A stretch of 64,000 nucleotides of DNA from a bacterium (GCA_963588685.1 CAVAID010000001.1:10304-74303); one strand, 5' to 3'. Numbered from the stretch's first letter, positions 45,646 to 55,080 are shown. Notes: a model not told the origin generated them from the sequence alone. Program-made: numbers and translations.

Positions 45646-46578
45646 ATGGTATTTTTGAATTTTCGCAGGGCGTTGTTGCCCTTGATTTTAATTTTCTCCG
45701 CCCTTGGAGCGGCGGCTCAGACCGCACATCAGGAAGTCTCTCCGGGACCTTTCACCGGGGTCTCCGTGTCCGGGGACTTCGAGCTCAGTCTGGTCTCCGG
45801 CGAGGACTACGGTCTCGTGATGGAGATCAGCGACGAGTTCGCCGAATTCGTCAGCACTGAGGTTGTGGACAGCGTGCTGGTAATCAAGGTGGAGGACAAA
45901 AAGGAGCTGAGCGACATCTGGAAGTCGTTCCGCGGCAAGAACGCCCCTTCTCCTGTATTCATGGCAAGGGTAAGCTCTCCTGCCGTGCTTAAGTCCATAT
46001 CCATCTCCGGCGGCAGCTCCATCAAGGCTCTGGAAGCCGTCTGCGATACGGCGTCTGTGGCTTTCAACGTCAAAGACAACGCTTCCGTCGGGACGGTCAG
46101 CGTGGCTTCTTCGAGGGTGGAGCTCAACCTGAGCAAAAAGAGCAGCGGCGAATTCCGCCTGGACTGCGATACGCTCAAGGTCATCGCCGGCGGCAGCTCG
46201 GAATGTACGCTCCGCTGCAGCGCGGCCTCGCAGGTGGAGATGGAGCTGAGTTCCAACGCCTCCGTGGTATTCGCAGGGGAGAGCGAGCACATCTCCGTGG
46301 CCGCCAAGGGCACTTCCAAAGCTATATTCAACGGTACCGCTCCCTACGCGGTGTATAACCTTTCCGGTTCGGCCGATGTCAATGCGCTGAATATCAAGGT
46401 AAAGGAAGCCAATATAAGCATGAGCGGCATCTGCTCGCTTATGCAGGGCGCAAGCGACTGGATTTTCCTCAATCTCAGCAACGGCGCGACCCTTACCTAC
46501 AGCGGCACGCCTCAGATCCATATTGGAAATATCAAGAATTCAAGCGTACAGCGCTACGAAGCCGGCAAAAGGAAATGA
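45646..46578 (+). CDS. DUF2807 / GIN-domain-like secreted protein
   Basis: Signal peptide; repeated xSGxSx beta-strand units. Confidence 0.65.
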   Translation: MVFLNFRRALLPLILIFSALGAAAQTAHQEVSPGPFTGVSVSGDFELSLVSGEDYGLVMEISDEFAEFVSTEVVDSVLVIKVEDKKELSDIWKSFRGKNAPSPVFMARVSSPAVLKSISISGGSSIKALEAVCDTASVAFNVKDNASVGTVSVASSRVELNLSKKSSGEFRLDCDTLKVIAGGSSECTLRCSAASQVEMELSSNASVVFAGESEHISVAAKGTSKAIFNGTAPYAVYNLSGSADVNALNIKVKEANISMSGICSLMQGASDWIFLNLSNGATLTYSGTPQIHIGNIKNSSVQRYEAGKRK

Positions 46579-47663
46579 TGACAGTATTCGATGCGCATTG
46601 TGACGCTCCGTCGCAGATGCTGCGGCTGAGGAATTTCGGGCTGGACAATGCCCGCGGGCAGGTGGATTTCCCCAAGATGCTTCGCGGCGGCGTCCGTGCC
46701 TCGTTCTTTGCCGCCTATGTGCCCGCCTCTCTCTCCGGCAATGCGGCTACGGATTATGCCGGCAGGCTGCTTGACGAGACCCGCAGGCAGGTCCTTGCCA
46801 ACCCTGACAAGGCGGCTCTGGCCACTTCCGCCAGCGGTGTGCAGGACATAGTTCGGAGCGGCAGGGTCGCAGTGATGCAGGGCATAGAGAATGCCTCCGC
46901 GCTGGACGGGGGAGACCCCGTCGAACTGCTGGGCTCTTTTTTCAGGAGGGGAGTCCGCTACATTACCCTCACCCACAGCGCCGACAACGCCTATGCCGAC
47001 AGCTGCACCGGAAGCGGACGCTGGGGCGGCCTAAGCCCGCTCGGGGAGCGGCTGGTGGGGGAGATGAACCGTATCGGAATGATGATTGACCTTGCCCACG
47101 CCTCCGACGGGACGATGAGGGATGTCATAAAGCGAACTTCGGCTCCGGTGGCATATACCCACGGCTGCTGCCGGGCGCTGGCATCGCACAGGCGCAATAT
47201 TTCGGATGAACTGATGAAGGGTATAGCCGGGACCGGCGGGGTAGTCTGCATGAGCATCTATCCCTGCTTCCTCGACGACGGATTCGTGAAGATTCTGGGG
47301 GAGTCCGGTCTCGAAGAGAAATCCTATATCGAGGATGAATTCATACGCGACCCGTCCGACCCGGCGAAGCGCGAAGCCTGGTATGCGGTGACCGATGAAC
47401 TCGCCGCGCTGCCCCGTCCTTCGGTCTCCAGGGTGGTGGACCATATCGAGCATGCCGTCTCCGTTGTCGGCGTGGAGCATGTGGGAATCGGCACCGATTA
47501 TGACGGTATAGAAGTCACCGCCGATGGGCTTGAAGATGTCTCAAGATTCGGTCTCGTGACGGACGAAATGAGGCGCCGCGGCTTCAGCCGGAGAGACATT
47601 TCCATGATTGCCGGAGGGAATCTTCTGAGGGTGCTGAAAGAGGTCCGGAAAGCCTCAAAATAG
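46575..47663 (+). CDS. Membrane dipeptidase (M19)
   Basis: DAHCD, GIEN, IDLAHAS, HVGIGTDYDG. Confidence 0.9.
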   Translation: MMTVFDAHCDAPSQMLRLRNFGLDNARGQVDFPKMLRGGVRASFFAAYVPASLSGNAATDYAGRLLDETRRQVLANPDKAALATSASGVQDIVRSGRVAVMQGIENASALDGGDPVELLGSFFRRGVRYITLTHSADNAYADSCTGSGRWGGLSPLGERLVGEMNRIGMMIDLAHASDGTMRDVIKRTSAPVAYTHGCCRALASHRRNISDELMKGIAGTGGVVCMSIYPCFLDDGFVKILGESGLEEKSYIEDEFIRDPSDPAKREAWYAVTDELAALPRPSVSRVVDHIEHAVSVVGVEHVGIGTDYDGIEVTADGLEDVSRFGLVTDEMRRRGFSRRDISMIAGGNLLRVLKEVRKASK

Positions 47664-47747
47664 GGCTATAAATTCCGATTATTGGTTACAAATGTGGCTT
47701 AACATTTTTGTTATAGTATAAAACTTTAATGTTATAAATACTATAAA

Positions 47748-48230
47748 TCAAATAGTTAAGTCTTTACTTATGTAATCTTTCAAAGTTTCCAAAGCAATAC
47801 GCGCAAAACGGCGGATATTGCCTTTTCTCCCCAGATTGCACTGGTAAATCCGGGTGATTGTGCCGCTCGGACCGCTCACTCCGATCCATACAGTGCCCTC
47901 CGGATAGCGCTCGTCTCCGCCTTCGGCAAGGCCTGTCGTGGCGACGGAATAGGTGCTGCCGCTAAGGGCTCTGACACCCTCTGCCATGGCCGCCGCAACC
48001 TGGCTGCTGACGACCCCGTTGCCCTCAATTACGGAGGCCGGGACTGAGAGAACTTTCTCCTTTATGCTGATTGCGTAGGAAGTCACGGAGCCGAGATAGT
48101 ATTCCGATGAGCCGGAGACCATCGTAACCATATGTGAGATGTATCCGCCGGTGCAGGACTCGGCTACGCTGAGCGTCTTGCCGCTTCCCTTGAGGAGGGC
48201 GGCGATTCTATTTTGAACCGGTGCTTTCAT
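47748..48230 (-). CDS. CinA C-terminal / NMN deamidase (PncC-like)
   Basis: SVAESCTGG, GSSEYY.G, VVS..VA.AMAEG, TTGLA. Confidence 0.9.
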   Translation of the reverse strand: MKAPVQNRIAALLKGSGKTLSVAESCTGGYISHMVTMVSGSSEYYLGSVTSYAISIKEKVLSVPASVIEGNGVVSSQVAAAMAEGVRALSGSTYSVATTGLAEGGDERYPEGTVWIGVSGPSGTITRIYQCNLGRKGNIRRFARIALETLKDYISKDLTI

Positions 48231-49017
48231 TGTCCTTGAGAAGATGTTTGAGTGTCTTTCTTACTATGCCAGGGCCCTCCCTCAGCAGGCCGGTGCGCAG
48301 CTCCACCAGGGAGGCTCCGCAGCGGAGCGCCTCGGCAGCCTGCTCCGGGGTGTCGATGTGGCAGTTTGCTATGATAGGGAGCCGTCCGGAGGTGTGTTCC
48401 CGGACATGGCTTACCTGGGCGTTGGAGCGGAGTTCTATGCCATCTATGCTGTTCATAAGGCAGAAATCCGCAATTGTGTCGAGCTCGCCGTCGTTGATGT
48501 AGTCCGGGAGCTTGATGACTATAGGCTTGTATTCCTGCTCCGTGAGCCTGGATTCGAGCAGGGGATTGAGCTCTTCCGTGCTCGGGTCATCGGTAAGGTC
48601 AATCACGAAAAAGTCGCAGAAGTCGTAGGCCAGGGTAAATGAGGTCAGGTAGTCTTTGGATATGCAGAGGGCGAGGATATCATCCTGAGGGTCGGCCTGG
48701 AGGTGGTTTATGGCCCTGCGGACCCCTTCGGCGTCCATCGGACCGATTTCTACGAAGCTGAATCCGAGGTTATTGAGGTCGTTGTATAGCTCGCCGTGGA
48801 TGTCGAGGCCGGCGCCAAGGCCCAGGGGATTGTAGAAATTGAGGCCGAAAACCTCCCGTTGGAGCCCTTCCGGACGGTTGTCGTGCAGCCAGCGGTTGAT
48901 TTCCCTGCCAAACGGAATCTTGCCGATGAGCTGGAAATATCTCAAGCCGACCTTGGAGGCCCGCTCAAGGTCCATCTTGCGGGCAATCGGCTTTACTATT
49001 ATATCATATAAGCTCAT
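48208..49017 (-). CDS. Degenerate class-2 dihydroorotate dehydrogenase-like protein
   Basis: FGLNFYNPLGLGAGLD, LGFSFVEIG, GASLVEL.TGL..EGP present; catalytic loops absent. Confidence 0.7.
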   Translation of the reverse strand: MSLYDIIVKPIARKMDLERASKVGLRYFQLIGKIPFGREINRWLHDNRPEGLQREVFGLNFYNPLGLGAGLDIHGELYNDLNNLGFSFVEIGPMDAEGVRRAINHLQADPQDDILALCISKDYLTSFTLAYDFCDFFVIDLTDDPSTEELNPLLESRLTEQEYKPIVIKLPDYINDGELDTIADFCLMNSIDGIELRSNAQVSHVREHTSGRLPIIANCHIDTPEQAAEALRCGASLVELRTGLLREGPGIVRKTLKHLLKDNESTGSK

Positions 49018-49046
49018 ACTCCGCAAAAGTAGTCATAATTTCCGAA

Positions 49047-49511
49047 TCAGAGCCCCTTTTGGTACTCCTGGAAGGTGTTGTCGTCGTAAAAAACCACAAT
49101 TTTGGAGATATTCCGTTTGCTTTCAGTGTGTTGCACATGGTTAGCTGAAGCAATCGCTTTAGATGCGGGCGCTGCCTGGGCGGATTTGGCGCCTTCGTCG
49201 AGGGTCGCGAAAATGCCCGTGGGCACGGTTTCGCGCGTCTGCAGGCCATTCTCGGGGGCGGTGTCCTCCTCGGTCTCGAAGAGCGTGGAAGGGGCCTTTC
49301 CGGCGCTGTACATCCGTCCTTTGCCGGTGATCAGCCATTCCAGATTGAGGGTGGGGTAGGCTTTGGCCATGTTGAGCAGGAAATCGAAGCCCGGCCTGTT
49401 GCGTCCCGCGAGAATGTGGGAGACGCTGGCCCTGGCAACTCCGATGCTGTCGGCAAACTGCGACTGGCTGATGTTTTCAGCCTTCAAAAACTGTTCTAGA
49501 CGCCTGTTCAT
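49047..49511 (-). CDS. XRE-family HTH transcriptional regulator
   Basis: SQSQFADSIGVARASVSHILAGRNRP, WLITGKG.M, C-terminal KIVVFYDDNTF. Confidence 0.85.
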   Translation of the reverse strand: MNRRLEQFLKAENISQSQFADSIGVARASVSHILAGRNRPGFDFLLNMAKAYPTLNLEWLITGKGRMYSAGKAPSTLFETEEDTAPENGLQTRETVPTGIFATLDEGAKSAQAAPASKAIASANHVQHTESKRNISKIVVFYDDNTFQEYQKGL

Positions 49512-49935
49512 TTTGTAACTTCGGTTTTTACAAAAATACACAAGATTTGTCAGTTATGCAAGTTTTACACTTGTTAACAAAAGGGGGCTGTTGGTAAATT
49601 GTTAATAAGTTTCGCTGAAGTTTCAATTAAGATAGTTTGGTTATAATTGCTGAACTTTAAGCATTTATTATTTATGGAAAGGCTAATTTGCCGACGTGTA
49701 GGGCCGGATAGGGGAGAAATCCGGAAACGGAGCACAACTACGGCTAAAGGTAATATCATATAAAGTATTGGGTTTCAGTTAGGTTGACCTTAAACGAAAC
49801 TTATTATAAGTTTGGCTTATTTTACAAAAATTCATCCGGTTACAATTATGGTGTCAACAATTCAAAATTAACAAATCTTTGCAGTTGGATTTACAAAAGT
49901 TAACAAAACAAGCTCGATTATATTTCGTATCTTTG
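49512..49935. promoter_or_regulatory. AT-rich intergenic region with repeated TTACA/TAACA half-sites and queA promoter
   Basis: Half-sites near 49513, 49527, 49565, 49821, 49840, 49869, 49890, 49900; TATCTTTG at 49928. Confidence 0.5.
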
Positions 49936-49943
49936 CACTCGAA

Positions 49944-51158
49944 ATGATACCGGAAATTAGAATAGAAGATTTCAATTATCCCCTCCCGGACGAGAGGATT
50001 GCGAAGTATCCGCTCGCTGAGAGGGATTCTTCGAAGCTGCTTATATATAAAGGTGGAGAAATCCGCGAGAGAGTGTTCAGGGATATTACCGAAGAGATAC
50101 CTTCAGATGCGGTTATGGTGTTCAACGACACCAAGGTCGTGCCTGCCAGGCTCTTTTTCAGGCGCGATTCCGGTGCTCACATCGAGGTTTTCTGCCTTGA
50201 ACCGCACTTCCCTGCGGACTACAATGTCAATTTCGCCTGCACCGAGTCCTGCAGCTGGACCTGCGTAATCGGCAATGCGAAGCGCTGGAAGGACGATATT
50301 CTCAGTCTTGATGTGCATGAAGGCGAGCTCGCCGACATAGAGCTCAAGGCGCGACTCGAGTCTCGGGACGGTCAGACCGGAGTGGTTTCTTTCAGCTGGA
50401 AGGGCGGGATTCCGTTCTCCAGGGTGCTCGAACTCTGCGGCCAGATTCCTATCCCTCCGTATCTTAACCGAGCCACGGAAGATATTGATATCGAGCGCTA
50501 TCAGACGCTTTATGCAAGGGTACGCGGCTCTGTCGCGGCGCCTACAGCAGGACTTCATTTCACCCAGAGGGTTCTAGACGGTCTGGCCGCGAAAGGCGTT
50601 GATATAGAGAAAGTTTGCCTCCATGTGGGGGCCGGTACCTTCCTCCCGGTAAAGAGTTCGCTGATTTCCGGGCATACGATGCACAGGGAGCCGTTCTCGG
50701 TTAGTCTGGATTTCCTCAAGGACCTGAGGGATTCCGGCAAGAAGGTGGTTGCGGTTGGCACGACATCCGTGCGTACGCTCGAATCGCTTTATTATGTGGG
50801 CGTTTCCTGCATCGAGAAGGGTGCTCCCGAGGATGTCGCGCAGTGGGATCCGTACACGAGAGAGTATCCATATACTTCAAGGGAAGCTTTAGATGCCATT
50901 ATCAATTATCTCGAAGCCAATTCTTTGACTGAATTGAAAGTTGGCACAAGGATCATCATTGTCCCGGGCTTCCGCTTTAGGGCCGTGGATATGATGGTTA
51001 CGAATTTCCACCAGCCTCAGAGTACTCTGCTGCTGCTTATTTCCGCTTTCGTGGGAGGCGACTGGCACAGCATCTATGATTATGCGCTCGGGCACGGTTT
51101 CCGCTTCCTGAGCTATGGCGACAGTTCTCTGCTTTACCGTGCTCAATGCGATGAGTGA
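49944..51158 (+). CDS. queA: S-adenosylmethionine:tRNA ribosyltransferase-isomerase
   Basis: VFNDTKV, IPPYL.R, SVAAPTAGLHF, TNFHQP.ST, FLSYGD. Confidence 0.95.
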   Translation: MIPEIRIEDFNYPLPDERIAKYPLAERDSSKLLIYKGGEIRERVFRDITEEIPSDAVMVFNDTKVVPARLFFRRDSGAHIEVFCLEPHFPADYNVNFACTESCSWTCVIGNAKRWKDDILSLDVHEGELADIELKARLESRDGQTGVVSFSWKGGIPFSRVLELCGQIPIPPYLNRATEDIDIERYQTLYARVRGSVAAPTAGLHFTQRVLDGLAAKGVDIEKVCLHVGAGTFLPVKSSLISGHTMHREPFSVSLDFLKDLRDSGKKVVAVGTTSVRTLESLYYVGVSCIEKGAPEDVAQWDPYTREYPYTSREALDAIINYLEANSLTELKVGTRIIIVPGFRFRAVDMMVTNFHQPQSTLLLLISAFVGGDWHSIYDYALGHGFRFLSYGDSSLLYRAQCDE

Positions 51159-52290
51159 CAATAAGTTCGACAGCATAAGGCCGTATTCGGACGAGGAGGC
51201 AGTAAAGGCTCTTCGCCGTCTTTCGCACAATCCGTTTGTGCCGATAGCATCCAAATTCCTCTTTCCTGACGAGCCGTTCTACCGCCTCTCCAGGATGTTC
51301 CGCAAGGTCACTTCGATTGATGATTTTCAGCGTAATGTGGTCTCCAAGGTTGTGGAAGGGGTGCTGAAGCGCACTTCCAGCGGTTTCAGCTGCGACGGGC
51401 TGGAAAATCTAAAGCCCGGCAAGACTTTCGTCGCCATTTCCAACCACCGCGACATTTCCCTTGATGCCGCGCTCACGCAATGGGCGCTGTACAGCCACGG
51501 CTTGCCGATGATGGAGGTCTGCATTGGCAGCAATCTGATGGACGACAACCGCACGGCCTCGGCTCTGCTGCGCTCCGTGCGTATGGTCAGGGTCGTGCGC
51601 GGTCTGCCGGCCCGGGAGATGTATGAGTCTTCGAAGCTGCTGTCGGAATATATACGCGACGCGGTCTCGACTTCGCGCAGCTCTATATGGGTCGCGCAGA
51701 AGGAGGGCAGGGCTAAAAACGGCCTCGACAAGACGGCTCACGGGCTCGTCAAGATGCTGGATATGAGCGGGATGAAGGGCTTTTACGACAATTTCTCGGA
51801 GCTGAACATCACGCCTATGAGCATTTCGTACGAGTACGAGCCCTGCGATATCCTGAAGGCGCGCGAGCTGCTTATCGCATCCGGCGGCAAATATGTCAAG
51901 AAGCGCGGCGAGGATACGCGCAGCATCCTGGACGGAATACGCCTCTGGAAGGGCGGTATCCATCTCTCCGTCTGCCGTCCGCTGTCGGAGAACGAGCTCA
52001 GGATGGCCTCCGTCTGCGAGCGCGCCGAGAGGTACCAAACAGTGCGCACCCTGATTGACGGGCGGATTGTGGATGCCTATAAGCTTTGGAATACCAATTA
52101 TATAGGCTATGACCTCATGACCGGCGGCGACATGTACGCGAGCCTTTATTCCGATGCCGAAAGGATGGCGTTCATCGAGTACGCCGAGAAACGCCTCGAC
52201 AGCGTCGAGCACGATCTCGACCGCGACGCTCTCCGCAAAATCTTCTACCAGATTTACGGCAATCCCGTGCTCGCACGGGAACAGCTGTAA
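51151..52290 (+). CDS. Glycerolipid acyltransferase family protein
   Basis: SNHRDISLD (HX4D), WVAQKEGRAKNG.D, SYEYEPCD. Confidence 0.85.
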   Translation: MSDNKFDSIRPYSDEEAVKALRRLSHNPFVPIASKFLFPDEPFYRLSRMFRKVTSIDDFQRNVVSKVVEGVLKRTSSGFSCDGLENLKPGKTFVAISNHRDISLDAALTQWALYSHGLPMMEVCIGSNLMDDNRTASALLRSVRMVRVVRGLPAREMYESSKLLSEYIRDAVSTSRSSIWVAQKEGRAKNGLDKTAHGLVKMLDMSGMKGFYDNFSELNITPMSISYEYEPCDILKARELLIASGGKYVKKRGEDTRSILDGIRLWKGGIHLSVCRPLSENELRMASVCERAERYQTVRTLIDGRIVDAYKLWNTNYIGYDLMTGGDMYASLYSDAERMAFIEYAEKRLDSVEHDLDRDALRKIFYQIYGNPVLAREQL

Positions 52291-52293
52291 ATT

Positions 52294-52638
52294 CTATAAA
52301 ATATCAGCGTTCTCGAGATCGTCAATGATGTCAATGAGTTTTTCCCCGTCAATCGAAAAGTTCTTTACCATAACATTCGCATTTTCAAAGACTTCCAGAT
52401 CCTGCTGAAAATTTTTGTCACACCTTGCCACATAATTTTCAGCCGATAGAAAGTAATATGTAACCCCTTTGTAATCAAACTTGAGGTCGTAGCCCATAAC
52501 CGCAAAGTAGTACAAAACAGCTTCTTGGCTATTGTTCTTATAGCCATGATATCTGTCACCGTTTTTCGCGAAATCTGGCTTAAATTCGGAATTATACAGG
52601 TAACCTTCCGAATCTTCTAGAATGTAGTCTTTTGCCAT
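52294..52638 (-). CDS. Hypothetical acidic protein, putative immunity protein
   Basis: 114 aa, Asp/Glu- and Tyr/Phe-rich; starts 3 nt after the stop of the putative toxin gene. Confidence 0.5.
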   Translation of the reverse strand: MAKDYILEDSEGYLYNSEFKPDFAKNGDRYHGYKNNSQEAVLYYFAVMGYDLKFDYKGVTYYFLSAENYVARCDKNFQQDLEVFENANVMVKNFSIDGEKLIDIIDDLENADIL

Positions 52639-52641
52639 AAC

Positions 52642-53013
52642 TTAATTAATATAGTTCCTTACTTTAGCTAAAATGTCTTTCATTTCCTTTGTGAGCGGTT
52701 TCGGATCGCCTACCGGATGCCCATTCTTCCATTCATGATAGTGGTCTTTCAATTCATGGTGAGGGGTGGTATGGATTTCCCATATTTTTTTGCCGTCGGG
52801 GCCATATTTGGCAATTTTCCCGACATCTTTTCCATCAGAACGGATTTCTGCATAAACTCTCCCTGGTGTATGACTTTCTTCAGGAAGGCTATGAGATGCT
52901 TTAGGATTCTTTTTCTCCAAAATCTGAATATCACCGATTGTACCTACAGTCTTGTAGGCCCTTCCGGCTTCACTGTTAGTGGAGCCGGAAGCATAACTGC
53001 CATTACCGCCCAT
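52642..53013 (-). CDS. Small protein with MGGNGS leader and His-rich C-terminus; putative nuclease toxin
   Basis: KYGPDGKKIWEIHTTPHHELKDHYHEW resembles Ntox24-type toxin tips; overlaps the DUF4417 stop. Confidence 0.5.
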   Translation of the reverse strand: MGGNGSYASGSTNSEAGRAYKTVGTIGDIQILEKKNPKASHSLPEESHTPGRVYAEIRSDGKDVGKIAKYGPDGKKIWEIHTTPHHELKDHYHEWKNGHPVGDPKPLTKEMKDILAKVRNYIN

Positions 53014-53731
53014 TTCTCAACATCTTTAAACGTTCATTCTCAAAGTAACAACTGATATCCTCCCGTTCGCCCGGCATCTTTGTCCCATACCTGATTATAC
53101 ATTTGGGCTCAAGACGGTTTAGGGCCTCATGATACCCCTTGTACCACAGAGATTTTGAAAAGTTATTTCCAATGATTGAGGTACAATTGATTGCAATAGT
53201 GCTGTGAGCAGGTATTCCGTCAAAGCAATAGTCAAAACTGTCAGGCAATGACCAAGTGACATTGGGAACAATTTTTACTCCCTTGTTTTGCAAGTACGCA
53301 GAAACGACCTTGTTTCTGAAGCAATTCCATATCCTCATTGGATATGACATGTCTCCAAACTGAGAAAAATCCGGACCTATTACGCAACCATATTGCCTCA
53401 GTTTGTCGTAGTATCTGTCGATATTCCGCCATATCCGTTCAAACTGGTAGTCATCGATATAGAAATGAACACCAACCTCATAGGAGGTTGTGCTCATAGC
53501 AGCATTGAAAGGTATGAACTGCCTGGGAACGTCCCCATTGAAAGGGGCAAGTACAGGCATTTCATACTTCCCGGTTGTTGATATCATCTTGCAGATATCC
53601 AGGTTGTTACAATGCATCTTGCGATGTTTGTGATTACCGTCCTTCTTTTGGACGACAGGGTCTGTGCTTATGCCGGGCACAAGATAGTCGTCAATAGGGA
53701 AAAGGACCCCTTCTTTGTAAAGATCTTCCAT
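53003..53731 (-). CDS. DUF4417 domain protein
   Basis: HFYIDDYQFERIW, PDFS..GDM, IWNCFRN, PNVTW....FDYCFDGIP; start at MEDLY (53731). Confidence 0.85.
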   Translation of the reverse strand: MEDLYKEGVLFPIDDYLVPGISTDPVVQKKDGNHKHRKMHCNNLDICKMISTTGKYEMPVLAPFNGDVPRQFIPFNAAMSTTSYEVGVHFYIDDYQFERIWRNIDRYYDKLRQYGCVIGPDFSQFGDMSYPMRIWNCFRNKVVSAYLQNKGVKIVPNVTWSLPDSFDYCFDGIPAHSTIAINCTSIIGNNFSKSLWYKGYHEALNRLEPKCIIRYGTKMPGEREDISCYFENERLKMLRNGR

Positions 53732-53861
53732 TGTATAACTTATTAGAAGACCCCCCGCCATTTCTTGTCGGAGCCTTTTGGCCGGGGATGCCTGGAGGAC
53801 GACTCGGGTACAAAGCGATGGCCGAATTTGCATTTTGGGTAAATAATTCCTAAAATTGCAG

Positions 53862-53945
53862 AACTAAATGAATTGAGTGGGGAGGTCAACCCCTCCATCG
53901 CTTATTCCCTAGAGCCCGTCTTGTCGCATAAGATGGGCTCCTTTT
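53862..53945 (+). ncRNA. Candidate small RNA inside the islet
   Basis: TTTG-N20-TAAAATTG promoter-like element (53827-53858), hairpin near 53878-53897, terminator GAGCCCGTCTT..AAGATGGGCTC-CTTTT (53912-53945); opposite strand to both neighbours. Confidence 0.4.
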
Positions 53946-53988
53946 GGAAGATAACCTCTTAAATGTCAATCATATATCTTTATTTTTG

Positions 53989-55080
53989 TTATTGAATCTT
54001 CCTGGTGGCATCGCTCTTGAACTTGTACATGCCTGTCTCATGTGAGATGCGTCCCAAGACAATCCATTTGTTCATATTATTGTCTTCCGCCCACTTAGTA
54101 TACCGATTCTGTATAGTATATTGATTCATAGGGACTTCAGGAGCTGAATTCCATATGTTTGACGGTATTAGGGCTTCTGCCGCAAAATTGTTCGCTTCAT
54201 CTTCGCAATAGTCTTCTGCATCGTCTGAAAGAGATAAAATAGGGAAATCCTCGATATTATGCAGTGCCAGATGCCCGACCTCGTGGAGTATGGCGAAAGC
54301 GAAGTTATCGATCCTTGGAATACGCTTTGTCACCACAATTGCAGGTATTCCATCCTCTCCGTAAAATGTGTAACCGTCTATTGATGCTCGCTCTACTTTA
54401 GGAACGACCTTAAACTTTATACCATACTTTGACAGAGTCTTGGCAACATTGGCTTCAGTGTCCACATTTCTGTGCAAAATAATACACAATTCTTTAGCCA
54501 ATGACATCGACTGATTCTTGTCGAATAGGCCGTCAACAATTATGTCCTTTACCTCATATTTGGCCAAGATTGACCAAGTATTAATCATTCTCTTGTCCAG
54601 CCCCGTTTTCTCAGACTTATGGTATCTTCCAAATGTGCAATTTGTATATTGGAACTGCATCTCAGCTGGAGTAGTAAATCCCATTTCTGTCAAGCAAAAG
54701 TCCAATCGCTCCTTGCATGAATGGAATGTTCCGGCAACCCGTCTGAAAATGGTTTTCATGTCACAAAACTTATCATATTCAGAATATAATCTTTCAGCAT
54801 TTTGTTCTTCAGCTGAAAGCGTCTCAAGCTCTTTGAGTGAACATTCATACCTTGACTGCTCCTTAAGCCAGAACATCTTGGGTATACCGAGCTTTTCTTC
54901 AAGCTTCTCTGCCATTTGCGTATTGATGGCGCGTGTTCCTTTGATAATCTCAGACAAATGAGATGCTTGCATCCCTAGTTGGAATGCAAAATCTTTTTGG
55001 CGTATTCCCCTGGCTTTGAGCTCTTCCTTGATTGTGTATCCTGGCGGCAATACGAGTATTGTTGTTTGATTCTCATTCAT
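53989..55080 (-). CDS. higA: HigA-family antitoxin (XRE-HTH) fused to ImmA/IrrE-like metallopeptidase domain
   Basis: PPGYTIKEEL..RGI.QKDFA, FWLKEQ..Y; RIDNFAFAILHEVGH, EDEANNFA. Confidence 0.85.
   Translation of the reverse strand: MNENQTTILVLPPGYTIKEELKARGIRQKDFAFQLGMQASHLSEIIKGTRAINTQMAEKLEEKLGIPKMFWLKEQSRYECSLKELETLSAEEQNAERLYSEYDKFCDMKTIFRRVAGTFHSCKERLDFCLTEMGFTTPAEMQFQYTNCTFGRYHKSEKTGLDKRMINTWSILAKYEVKDIIVDGLFDKNQSMSLAKELCIILHRNVDTEANVAKTLSKYGIKFKVVPKVERASIDGYTFYGEDGIPAIVVTKRIPRIDNFAFAILHEVGHLALHNIEDFPILSLSDDAEDYCEDEANNFAAEALIPSNIWNSAPEVPMNQYTIQNRYTKWAEDNNMNKWIVLGRISHETGMYKFKSDATRKIQ

Noticed and set aside
49512..49943. Possible oriC
   Set aside because: No canonical TTATCCACA boxes (only a TGTTAATAA-like variant), no dnaA nearby, and a dif-type site 6 kb away points to the terminus. 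Not fully excluded without genome-wide skew.
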